Source: Theionarchaea archaeon
GTDB taxonomy: Archaea; Methanobacteriota_B; Thermococci; Methanofastidiosales; SZ-28-30
Direction: 5' to 3'
Length of the DNA: 64,000 nucleotides
Assembly (NCBI GenBank): GCA_018992685.1
Contig: JACVGT010000018.1
Coordinates: 160,001-224,000, forward strand
Made by a program: the position numbers and the translations under genes. The notes beneath the pieces were generated by a model. The model was not told where the DNA came from and ran no database searches. It saw only the letters and a program-made list of their open reading frames with translations. Each line of letters opens with the position of its first letter. Position 1 is the stretch's first letter. Shown piece by piece: positions 19,582 to 28,199 of the stretch.

Positions 19582-19847
19582 ATTACCACCTCTGAAGGTT
19601 CCTGAATTTATACTCCCGGAGTCTAATAAATTCTTTCATCGCCATCCTCAATCCTCAAAACGGCAGGGCCTGCAGGAAGTTCCTCCTGTTGGGAACCCGT
19701 GGGCGTGAGGAAGACCACGTTGCAGGCGATGACAAAGATGTCTCCTGAATACTCAGGCTACAAGAATGATGGTACCTCGCTTTGATATCGAGGCCATCCT
19801 GCAGATTTTTAAGGTGTGACAGCAATACATAGGAGAATGGTGATGTC

Positions 19848-21587
19848 ATGACAGAGAAAAGACCAAAGTTGACTGGTGGCGACGTTCTTGTGCAGTGTTT
19901 GGTCCAGGAGGGAGCCAAGAAGGTTTTCGGTGTCCCTGGAGATCAATTATACCCTTTCTTGGATGCCATATACAAATCAGATGAAATCGATTTTGTTACC
20001 ACCCGGCATGAACAGGCTGCAGCCCACGCAGCAGATGCCTGGGCACGGGTAACGGGTAACCCAGGAGTCTGTGTGGGAACTGTGGGACCAGGTGCTGCAG
20101 ACCTGGTTCCTGGCGTGTATGTCGCATATGCAGATTCCATTCCTATGATTGTAATAACAGCTCAAAATCAATCCTGGAAGATACATCCTGATCATGGTTC
20201 TATGCAAGCTCTGGATCAGCAGTCCCTGTTTCATCCTATTACCAAGTGGAGAGTGCTAGTAAATCACTGGAAGAGAATTCCTTCTTTGGTCCAGTGGGCG
20301 TACCGGAATGCTGTGTCAGGCCGGCCGGGTCCTGTGCTCCTAGACTTTCCTGCAGATGTCTTGTTTGATGCGGGGTATCCTGAAGAGCTGGAGAGCCCTG
20401 TATTACCCCCTCACCAGTACAGAGCTGTAGCCTCCCCCGTGGGGAATCCTGAGGCCATACGAACGGCTGCACAGTTGCTGGTTGAAGCCAAGGCCCCTCT
20501 TATTCATGCAGGAGGAGGTGTCCTGCAATCTGAAGCATCAGATGAAATCGTTGGGCTCGCAGAACATTTGCAGGCCCCTGTCACCACGTCGCTGATGGCC
20601 AGAGGAGTCATACCTGAAGACCACGAGCTCTGTCTGCTTCCTGCAGGGTACGGTTCTCTGGCAGCACAGGTTGGAGCAGATATTGTCCTTGCCGTAGGAG
20701 GCAGGTTCGGTGATCTGGACTTTTGGGGAAAGCCTCCTGGATGGGGCGAACCTGATGAGCAGAGAGTGATCCAGATAGACATTGATCCCACCATGCACGC
20801 ATTGAACCGTCGCGTGGATCTGGCAATTACAGGAGATGCAAAGGTTACCCTCCGGCAGCTGCTGGAAGAAGTCAAGAAAATTCACCCAGAGAAGAAAATC
20901 CCCAGAGAAGACCTCGAGGATGATAGGGCAGCTCAGGAGGCGTGGCTGAATGATTTCAAGGAATTGAGTAACTCCAGCCAGGTACCTATCCACCCTTTGA
21001 CTGTGATCCAGAAAGTACGCGATTTCTTTCCCCGTTCAGCCATCAGTATCGTTGATGGAGGAAATACTGCAATCTGGGCCGTGTATCTCAATCGGATTTA
21101 TGAGCCCCGTACGTTCTTGTGGGCATCTGATTCTGGCCACCTGGGTACAGGTATTGGTTATGCTATCGGTGCCCAACTAGCCCGACCTGATAGGAGCGTG
21201 TACTGCATTACCAGTGACGGCTCAGTCATGTTTAACATACAGGAACTTGAAACTGCGGCGCGCCTGTGTGTTCCAATAGTCATTATCGTGGTTAATGATC
21301 AAGCCTACGGAATGATCAAAGCAGGCCAGAAGGCAGTGTGTGACTCCCGATTCATTGGAGTGGACTTCACTGATGCGAGATATGACAGGATTGCAGAAGC
21401 TATGGGATGCTATGGGGAGCGTATTCAGTCTCCTGATGAAGTCACCCCTGCACTGCAGAGAGCTGTAGATTCGGGCAAACCTGCCTTGCTGGATGTGGTT
21501 GTGGACAGTGATGTCAATTTAGAACCTCCTGATTTCAAGACCGTGGCTGCGCTCTGGTTGGAAGGCTGTGAAATGCCCGATGAGTAA
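19848..21587 (+). CDS. ThDP-dependent enzyme of the acetolactate synthase / 2-hydroxyacyl-CoA lyase superfamily
   Basis: RHEQAAAHAAD, GPG and SGRPGPV; ThDP motif variant SDGS...NDQAYG. Confidence 0.85.
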   Translation: MTEKRPKLTGGDVLVQCLVQEGAKKVFGVPGDQLYPFLDAIYKSDEIDFVTTRHEQAAAHAADAWARVTGNPGVCVGTVGPGAADLVPGVYVAYADSIPMIVITAQNQSWKIHPDHGSMQALDQQSLFHPITKWRVLVNHWKRIPSLVQWAYRNAVSGRPGPVLLDFPADVLFDAGYPEELESPVLPPHQYRAVASPVGNPEAIRTAAQLLVEAKAPLIHAGGGVLQSEASDEIVGLAEHLQAPVTTSLMARGVIPEDHELCLLPAGYGSLAAQVGADIVLAVGGRFGDLDFWGKPPGWGEPDEQRVIQIDIDPTMHALNRRVDLAITGDAKVTLRQLLEEVKKIHPEKKIPREDLEDDRAAQEAWLNDFKELSNSSQVPIHPLTVIQKVRDFFPRSAISIVDGGNTAIWAVYLNRIYEPRTFLWASDSGHLGTGIGYAIGAQLARPDRSVYCITSDGSVMFNIQELETAARLCVPIVIIVVNDQAYGMIKAGQKAVCDSRFIGVDFTDARYDRIAEAMGCYGERIQSPDEVTPALQRAVDSGKPALLDVVVDSDVNLEPPDFKTVAALWLEGCEMPDE

Positions 21588-21598
21588 CTGGTGATGAG

Positions 21599-22615
21599 GT
21601 GAAGGCTGCAGTATTTTACGGAGAAAAGGATGTCCGCATTGAAGACGTGGATGATCCTTCTCCAGGACCGGGTGACGTCCTGCTCAGTCCCTTGTATTGT
21701 GGAATCTGTGGTACAGATGTTGATGCCTGGAAAACTGGCATGTATACACCTGGAGTGATACTGGGTCACGAATTCTCTGCCAGAGTTGTTGAATGCGGAC
21801 CTGGAGTGGACGGATGGAGCCCCGGGGACAACGTGGTAGTCAACTCGATTATCCCCTGTGGGACCTGTTCTTTCTGCGTACAAGGGAGGTACAGCCTGTG
21901 TGACAATGTGAAAATGCCGGGTATTACTGTCAATGGTGGTCTTGCTGAGCTTGTCTCCATCCCTGCTGATTCATTATTGCGGATGCCAAATTCTGTTACT
22001 GCAAGAGAAGCTGCCCTTACAGAACCACTGGCTGTTGTCCTGCACGGGTTCAATTTAATCAAAGGGGACTGGGGACTGGGCAACAAAGCACTGGTGACAG
22101 GTGCAGGCACCCTGGGATTACTTGCACTGCAGGTGGCTCACGCTGCAGGTGCTTCTCTTGTGGCAGTTTCTGAACCCAATTCCTCCAGGCGGGACACTGC
22201 AGTCGCTCTGGGTGCTGACATGGTAATTGATCCTGAAGTATCTAATGTGTGGGTGGAATTTGGAGAAAAGGCAGGTCACCTTCCCGATCTAGTGGTGGAA
22301 TGTTCAGGATCGGCCCTGGCTGCAACAGAAACGTTCTCTCTGGCCAAGAAAGGAGGGGTGGTCCTTGTCTTGGGAATATCTGAAGAGCCAGTAGAAGCAG
22401 ATTTCATGGCAGCAGTCCTTAACGAATTGACCTTTCACTTCAGTTACTGTGGATATTCAGAGTTTTCCGCCGCACTGGCTATGATTGAAAGGAAGATAGT
22501 CCGCGTAGGTGACTTAATCACTGAAATACCCCTGGACGATACCGTTGAGAAGGGATTTCAGAGGCTGGCAGATTCCCACTCTGACGTAGTAAAACTCTTG
22601 GTAAAAATATCATGA
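21599..22615 (+). CDS. Zn-dependent medium-chain alcohol/diol dehydrogenase
   Basis: CGICGTD, GHEF, CGTCSFC...C and GAGTLG. Confidence 0.92.
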   Translation: MKAAVFYGEKDVRIEDVDDPSPGPGDVLLSPLYCGICGTDVDAWKTGMYTPGVILGHEFSARVVECGPGVDGWSPGDNVVVNSIIPCGTCSFCVQGRYSLCDNVKMPGITVNGGLAELVSIPADSLLRMPNSVTAREAALTEPLAVVLHGFNLIKGDWGLGNKALVTGAGTLGLLALQVAHAAGASLVAVSEPNSSRRDTAVALGADMVIDPEVSNVWVEFGEKAGHLPDLVVECSGSALAATETFSLAKKGGVVLVLGISEEPVEADFMAAVLNELTFHFSYCGYSEFSAALAMIERKIVRVGDLITEIPLDDTVEKGFQRLADSHSDVVKLLVKIS

Positions 22616-23040
22616 ATGGAGGTGATTGTATTCTCTTAGGTTGTGAAGAGTATCTCGAAGAAGCTAAAAAGCGGGTGAATGAGGATTCTCAGTATGAAGA
22701 GCTAGCCAAGGAAATTAATGACTCCTATACCTTGGTAATGGAGGCAGAACCCACCAAGGGGGTTCCCAATTCCATGGTTCTGGGATTTCAGATCTCCAAT
22801 GGAAAAATGATTGATATCTGGCGCGGTGACAGGAAAACTGATTTCATCCTTTCAGCCAAATACGGAGACTTTGTGGACATCTTGATGGGAAACCTCAATG
22901 TCACCAAGGCGTTTGTCACCCGGAAACTGAAGATAAAAGGGTCTCTAGCCCGCATGCTGAAAACTTCAAAAGCCACAGAACGGTTTGTTGAAGTGCTGAA
23001 GGCTATTCCTACAGAATTTGAGGGAGACTACTGCAAATAA
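22612..23040 (+). CDS. SCP2 sterol/lipid-carrier domain protein
   Basis: FVDILMGNLNVTKAFVTRKLKIKGSL SCP2 signature. Confidence 0.85.
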   Translation: MNGGDCILLGCEEYLEEAKKRVNEDSQYEELAKEINDSYTLVMEAEPTKGVPNSMVLGFQISNGKMIDIWRGDRKTDFILSAKYGDFVDILMGNLNVTKAFVTRKLKIKGSLARMLKTSKATERFVEVLKAIPTEFEGDYCK

Positions 23041-23058
23041 GAAATTAGAAAAAAAGAA

Positions 23059-23463
23059 TTAGTAAAACTGCGTATCGATCAACGTGATAGTGCGAACAAG
23101 CTCCTGGGCTGCTTTGACCGCCCGCATGACTTTGGCCATTTCACCTTTGAGCTTGAATTTGCCAGTCATCAATCCCTGGATGGGATCCAATTTCCCTTCC
23201 ACTAACTTGACATAGTTTGAGTAAGGACCTTCGTATACGAAGGCACTCTCTACCTCATCAGGAGACTGGAGGACTCTTCCATCGCGGGCCTCACCATGCC
23301 AGAGATCAATCCACAGAAATATGTCATGATCCAGCGGACCATCTGCTCTGATGATGAAGATGAAGTCACCTTCCCATGTGCTGGCAGCTTCACCATAAGC
23401 TGGGTTTTTGTTCAGCCTATCCATATATTCCTGACACCATTCTTCTGTTCCAAAAAGGGGCAT
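23059..23463 (-). CDS. SCP2 sterol/lipid-carrier domain protein
   Basis: FGTEEWC... and LVEGKLDPIQGLMTGKFKLKGEM. Confidence 0.88.
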   Translation of the reverse strand: MPLFGTEEWCQEYMDRLNKNPAYGEAASTWEGDFIFIIRADGPLDHDIFLWIDLWHGEARDGRVLQSPDEVESAFVYEGPYSNYVKLVEGKLDPIQGLMTGKFKLKGEMAKVMRAVKAAQELVRTITLIDTQFY

Positions 23464-23883
23464 TGAGTTCAACTCCTCTTTACGTATGTTGAGGTTGTTT
23501 CGATCTTCGTCTAATAAATGTTTGCAGTAATGACTCGCATCTTGGTCCCGCAGCGCCAGATTTATTTGATAGCCATCATGGTTTCTGATTCTGAGCTACA
23601 TTGATGATGTTCGAAGTTTCCCCTCAAGGCGGGCGTCCTTTCGAGACCAGACAACTCCAGACTGGCAAAAGGAAGGCAGATCTCTGATTCTCCTTTTCTA
23701 TTCGGCTTATATTTTGTGTTCTTTCTTTGATATATTCTCATATTCTCATGAAACGTTCAAGCTTTCCCGTGAATTCCTTCTTATGACGGTATTAGAAACA
23801 TCCTGATCATCTCACTATCGACGATACCATTAAATATATCATGTGTCCAAAGGAAGCCAGAAAAGAACCTGAAGAGGTTGCAC

Positions 23884-24252
23884 ATGAAAACTCACCACTT
23901 CACCTGTATCAAGTGTCCTTTAAGCTGCCAAATAGAACTCATTGAAGACAATGGCACTGTCCTGGAAATAAGAGGATGTACATGCAATCAAGGAGAACAA
24001 TACGCTCTTGACGAGTTCAGTAACCCTCTACGAATTGTCACCACTACTGTTCGCGTCACTGAGGGAATACTTCCTGTTGTCCCTGTTCGAAGCCAGGCCC
24101 CCCTGCCAAAATCATTGATCGCTGACTGTGTTAGTGTGTTGAATACTACGGAGGTTGAAGCACCGGTGACGTGTGGGCAGATCGTCTGCAGCAACATCCT
24201 GGACACAGGTATTGATGTAGTAGCGTCCCGAGATCTAGAAAGGAGGCATTAG
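23884..24252 (+). CDS. DUF1667 Cys-rich small subunit of the GlpA-like dehydrogenase module
   Basis: TCIKCPLSC...GCTC..G..Y...P.RIVTTTV pattern. Confidence 0.85.
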   Translation: MKTHHFTCIKCPLSCQIELIEDNGTVLEIRGCTCNQGEQYALDEFSNPLRIVTTTVRVTEGILPVVPVRSQAPLPKSLIADCVSVLNTTEVEAPVTCGQIVCSNILDTGIDVVASRDLERRH

Positions 24253-24253
24253 T

Positions 24254-25813
24254 ATGTATGTTCTGGTTATTGATGCAGGGACCACAGGTATCAGGTCCAT
24301 TATTTTCGATAAAGAGACCACCGTCGTCTCACAAGCATATGAAGAAATCCCCCAGATTTACCCTGAGCCGGGCTGGTGTGAGCAAGATCCTGTTGTCATC
24401 TGGGAAAAATGCGTTAGTGTCCTCAAGCAGTCCTTGGAAAAGGCCAAACTATCCTCAACCGATATTGTGGCCATAGGAATGACCAATCAGAGATCCACCA
24501 GTTTGCTCTGGGACAAGAAAACAGGTGTTCCCATCCATAATGCTGTTACCTGGCAGGACACCAGAACAGCTCACTTATGTAAAGAAAAAGACAGAGCCTT
24601 CAAGATAAGGGCACTTCGAGGTGCAGGTTCTGCAGTGAAGCTTCTTGGTCAGATAATCAAGCCAATCAAGAGGAGCCGCACCGGAAAATTGCTGATGACG
24701 GTGTCGAACCTTTCCTTCAGCCCTGCTACTTCACTAGCCCATATTGCATGGGTTCTCAACAATGTAAATGGAGCACGAGAAAAAGCAGAAAAGGGGGATC
24801 TCCTTGCGGGTACCATTGATACCTGGTTAATCTGGAACCTTACAAGAGGCAGTGTTCACGCCACAGACTATAGCAATGCCAGTGCCACCAATATGTTTGA
24901 TACCTTCAGCCTGAAGTGGAGCACCCTGTTTCTGGGGCTATTTGACATTCCTCTTTCATTACTGCCTGAAGTCAGAGAATCCAGTGGAGATTTCGGCAAA
25001 ACCCATCCCGACCTGTTTGGCACTCCAATACCCATCACAGGTGTGTGTGCAGACCAGCAGGCTGCCCTCTTCGGGGAGACCTGTTTCAACGCAGGTGACG
25101 TGAAATGCACACACGGGACGGGCACCTTCATTGATATGAATGTGGGAGAAGAACCGGTCACCTCTCCTCACAAGCTTGTTCCCCTCATTGCCTGGTGTCT
25201 GAATAAGAAGGTGACCTACATGCTGGAAGGATATCTCGGGGCAACAGGTTCTGCTGTCCAGTGGCTGTGTGATGGACTGCAAATCGTCAACGCTCCCTCA
25301 GAAACGGATGATATCGCCTGTTCCATAGGAGACACAGGAGGAGTCTACCTTGTACCCGCCTTCCAGGGGCTGACCTCTCCATACTGGGACCCTCTGGCCA
25401 GGGGAGTTGTGGTAGGACTGACCCGGGGAACCAGAAAGGAACACGTGGTCAGAGCAACTCTGGAGGCCATTGCATACTGCTGCAGAGATATCATGGTAGC
25501 TATGGAAGAGGATTCTGGAGTGACCATCAAGACCATAAAGGCGGATGGAAATGCTTCCACCAACAATTTCATAATGCAATTCATGGCGGATCTCCTGGAT
25601 GTGGAGATCGAGAGACCTGCAATGCTGGAGTCTACAGCACTGGGAGCAGCATTCCTTGCTGGATTGTCTGTAGCCTACTGGAAATCACAGGAAGAGCTCA
25701 AGAAATACCGGAAAATAGATTCAAGATTCCAACCTGCAATGGACCACGCAGAAAGAGAGAAACTGTATAAAAAATGGAAAAAAGCAGTGAAAAGATCATT
25801 TGACTGGGCTTAG
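24254..25813 (+). CDS. FGGY glycerol-kinase family protein with a GK5-like insertion
   Basis: IDAGTTG, TNQRST, WQDTR, GTIDTWL, DQQAALFG and KCTHGTGTF; a basic amphipathic stretch follows WQDxR. Confidence 0.9.
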   Translation: MYVLVIDAGTTGIRSIIFDKETTVVSQAYEEIPQIYPEPGWCEQDPVVIWEKCVSVLKQSLEKAKLSSTDIVAIGMTNQRSTSLLWDKKTGVPIHNAVTWQDTRTAHLCKEKDRAFKIRALRGAGSAVKLLGQIIKPIKRSRTGKLLMTVSNLSFSPATSLAHIAWVLNNVNGAREKAEKGDLLAGTIDTWLIWNLTRGSVHATDYSNASATNMFDTFSLKWSTLFLGLFDIPLSLLPEVRESSGDFGKTHPDLFGTPIPITGVCADQQAALFGETCFNAGDVKCTHGTGTFIDMNVGEEPVTSPHKLVPLIAWCLNKKVTYMLEGYLGATGSAVQWLCDGLQIVNAPSETDDIACSIGDTGGVYLVPAFQGLTSPYWDPLARGVVVGLTRGTRKEHVVRATLEAIAYCCRDIMVAMEEDSGVTIKTIKADGNASTNNFIMQFMADLLDVEIERPAMLESTALGAAFLAGLSVAYWKSQEELKKYRKIDSRFQPAMDHAEREKLYKKWKKAVKRSFDWA

Positions 25814-25815
25814 AA

Positions 25816-26799
25816 CTATTCTGAATCAGGGGAGAAGGCATAGTGGACAGTTATCGTGCCATCCTCTCCAATAAGTGCAGTGATTCCGCTGTGCCTGGTT
25901 TCATTCCCCATGAATGCATCATACCAGAGAACCTGCCAATTCTCTTCTCCGACCTGAGTGACTACCACAGCCGGGAGCCGCGCCTTGGCCAGGAATGCCT
26001 GTATTTTTTCATCCTTTCTGGAATAGGAGACTGCTTTCTCAGGAGTGTCCACTGGAGGATCAGAAACAGTGTCCAATAGGGGCAGAGTCTCAACAGTCCG
26101 CGTTTCCAGGATGCTCTGGGAAAGAGTGTTCACGGTGTATATGTAGTATATCCGGGCTTTCTCATCCTCTCTCTGGACCACTACTGACCATATGTGGGGT
26201 AAAGCAGTGGGGAGACCATAGCCCTCTTCTCCTGCCTCTTTTTGGACAGTGGCGAGGGCCACTCCTTTTTCGTAGTACCGTATTCCAAAAAAAGTGGCTA
26301 CAAGACAGAGAGATACCACCGCGAGGACCTTCACGGTCTTTCTATCCTTGCGATAGTGACCAACTACAGCAGCCAAAAGGAAAATGGCGAAGAAGACTGG
26401 ATCAAAGAAACTGGTGATATCGAACACAGTTCTCGAATCTGAGAATGGCCATCGTATAGCCATGCTCCACGGAGTCAGTAAATCAAGGAAAAGGTGACCA
26501 AAAGCTCCGATCATGAATAGACAGAGCATCAAGAGGACCTTGTTCTTCTGAAAGTTGGACAGTTGGACAGTCATCACGAGATACAGCAGTCCCAGAACAA
26601 GAGCCCCAACAATAACTCCCACAATCGAGTGAGTGACTCCTCTGTGGTACTGGAATACAGCATCTATGCCCCCCAGAATGGAGACACCGTCAAAGTCAGG
26701 GAGCATGCATGCCGCTACAAAGAGCACCCAGGATTTCTTATCCAGGTTCAGCCCTCTGCCAATCACGATTCCTACCAGCCCATGAGATATGAGGTCCAT
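25816..26799 (-). CDS. Membrane-bound metal-dependent hydrolase (YdjM/DUF457-like)
   Basis: MDLISH...PDFD...HRGVTHS...HLFLDLLT..; several TM helices. Confidence 0.85.
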   Translation of the reverse strand: MDLISHGLVGIVIGRGLNLDKKSWVLFVAACMLPDFDGVSILGGIDAVFQYHRGVTHSIVGVIVGALVLGLLYLVMTVQLSNFQKNKVLLMLCLFMIGAFGHLFLDLLTPWSMAIRWPFSDSRTVFDITSFFDPVFFAIFLLAAVVGHYRKDRKTVKVLAVVSLCLVATFFGIRYYEKGVALATVQKEAGEEGYGLPTALPHIWSVVVQREDEKARIYYIYTVNTLSQSILETRTVETLPLLDTVSDPPVDTPEKAVSYSRKDEKIQAFLAKARLPAVVVTQVGEENWQVLWYDAFMGNETRHSGITALIGEDGTITVHYAFSPDSE

Positions 26800-26921
26800 T
26801 CATGAATCACCTGTATATGGTCAATCCAGAGTCTCAATTGTTAAATACTTTCTCACTATCACGGAAATAATCAAAATGTCTGCACAACACAGAACCATCA
26901 ATATATTGACGTGTTGTACCT

Positions 26922-26945
26922 TGAGCTTTCTTCCTCGAAAGCTCA
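26922..26945 (-). terminator. Stem-loop at the stop of the oxidoreductase gene
   Basis: TGAGCTTTC / GAAAGCTCA 9-bp perfect stem with a 6-nt loop, overlapping the stop codon at 26943-26945. Confidence 0.45.
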
Positions 26946-28199
26946 TTCCCCTAGTCTAATAACATCAAAGTGCAGTTCCTCATTCACATTTTCAAGTACA
27001 GCTTTTTCCATTTGCACCTTGACCATTTCAGGAGGTTTGACAATCCTCTCCTTTTTTTCCTTGACTACTTCCCCTTGTGAGGATATGATAACCTTCACAT
27101 TCTTCTCAATTTCCTTTACACGTAGGTAAAACACAATGTCTTCCTTGGGATGTCCTCGGATTATCTGAGGAACAACATAACTAACATTTCGTCCCTTTTT
27201 TACTGAAACGACGGTATCCCTTCTCTCTACGGTTCCTTTAACGCAGGCTGCAGCACCTTTACCTGCGACTTCAGCCGCCTGAGATACGTCATCCACCAGG
27301 TCGTGGACATGCACCACATTTCCACAGGCGAATATCCCAGGAACAGAGGTTTCCATCGACTCATCTACCACCGGCCCTCCTGTGGTCAAGTCCATTTCAA
27401 TGGTAGCTTTCCTGGATAACTCGTTTTCTGGAATCAGTCCCACAGACAACAACACGGTATCACACGGAATATACCGTTCAGTTCCAGGTACCGGTTTGAA
27501 TCTCTCATCAACTTGCGCCACTGTCACTCCCTCGACTCTCTCCTTCCCTTTGATGTCAACGATCGTATGTGAAACATGCAAGGGTATCCCATAATCCTCC
27601 AGACACTGAACCACATTTCTGGTCAACCCCCCAGCCCTTGGCAGAATCTCGTATACTCCCTCCACGTCTCCGCCTTCCAGAGAAAATCGCCGAGCCATGA
27701 TTAACCCCACATCGCCTGAACCCAGAACAACCACTTTCTTTCCTGGTAGTAGTCCTTCCATGTTGATGAACCGCTGAGCAACCCCTGCAGTATAAATGCC
27801 TGATGGCCTCTCCCCCGGAATCAAGATCTGTGAGCGTGTTCTTTCCCTGCATCCCATGGCCAGTATTACGGCTTTCGCCTTCATGGTGACCACCCCCTCT
27901 TCGGGATTCACAACAGTCACCTTTTTGTCAGAGTCCAGGTCCACCACCATGCTATTTAGCATAACGCTGATTCCTGTTTTCTCAATCTCCTCAATGTATC
28001 GCTGGGCATATTCAGGACCTGTCAACATCTCGCCAAAGACAAAATTCCCAAACCCATCATGAATACACTGAGGCAGGATACCCCCCAGCTCGAAATCACG
28101 TTCCAGAATTACCACCTGTTGAGCTCCAGCCCTGTATGCACTCAGAGCAGCCGCCAACCCCGCAGGACCGCCTCCAATGACCACAATATCCACATTCAT
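26943..28199 (-). CDS. NAD(P)/FAD-dependent oxidoreductase, partner of the GlpA-like dehydrogenase
   Basis: GGGPAG, GGILPQCIHDGFG, AMGCRER, GSGDVGLIMARR and CGNVVHVHDLVD. Confidence 0.9.
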   Translation of the reverse strand: MNVDIVVIGGGPAGLAAALSAYRAGAQQVVILERDFELGGILPQCIHDGFGNFVFGEMLTGPEYAQRYIEEIEKTGISVMLNSMVVDLDSDKKVTVVNPEEGVVTMKAKAVILAMGCRERTRSQILIPGERPSGIYTAGVAQRFINMEGLLPGKKVVVLGSGDVGLIMARRFSLEGGDVEGVYEILPRAGGLTRNVVQCLEDYGIPLHVSHTIVDIKGKERVEGVTVAQVDERFKPVPGTERYIPCDTVLLSVGLIPENELSRKATIEMDLTTGGPVVDESMETSVPGIFACGNVVHVHDLVDDVSQAAEVAGKGAAACVKGTVERRDTVVSVKKGRNVSYVVPQIIRGHPKEDIVFYLRVKEIEKNVKVIISSQGEVVKEKKERIVKPPEMVKVQMEKAVLENVNEELHFDVIRLGE

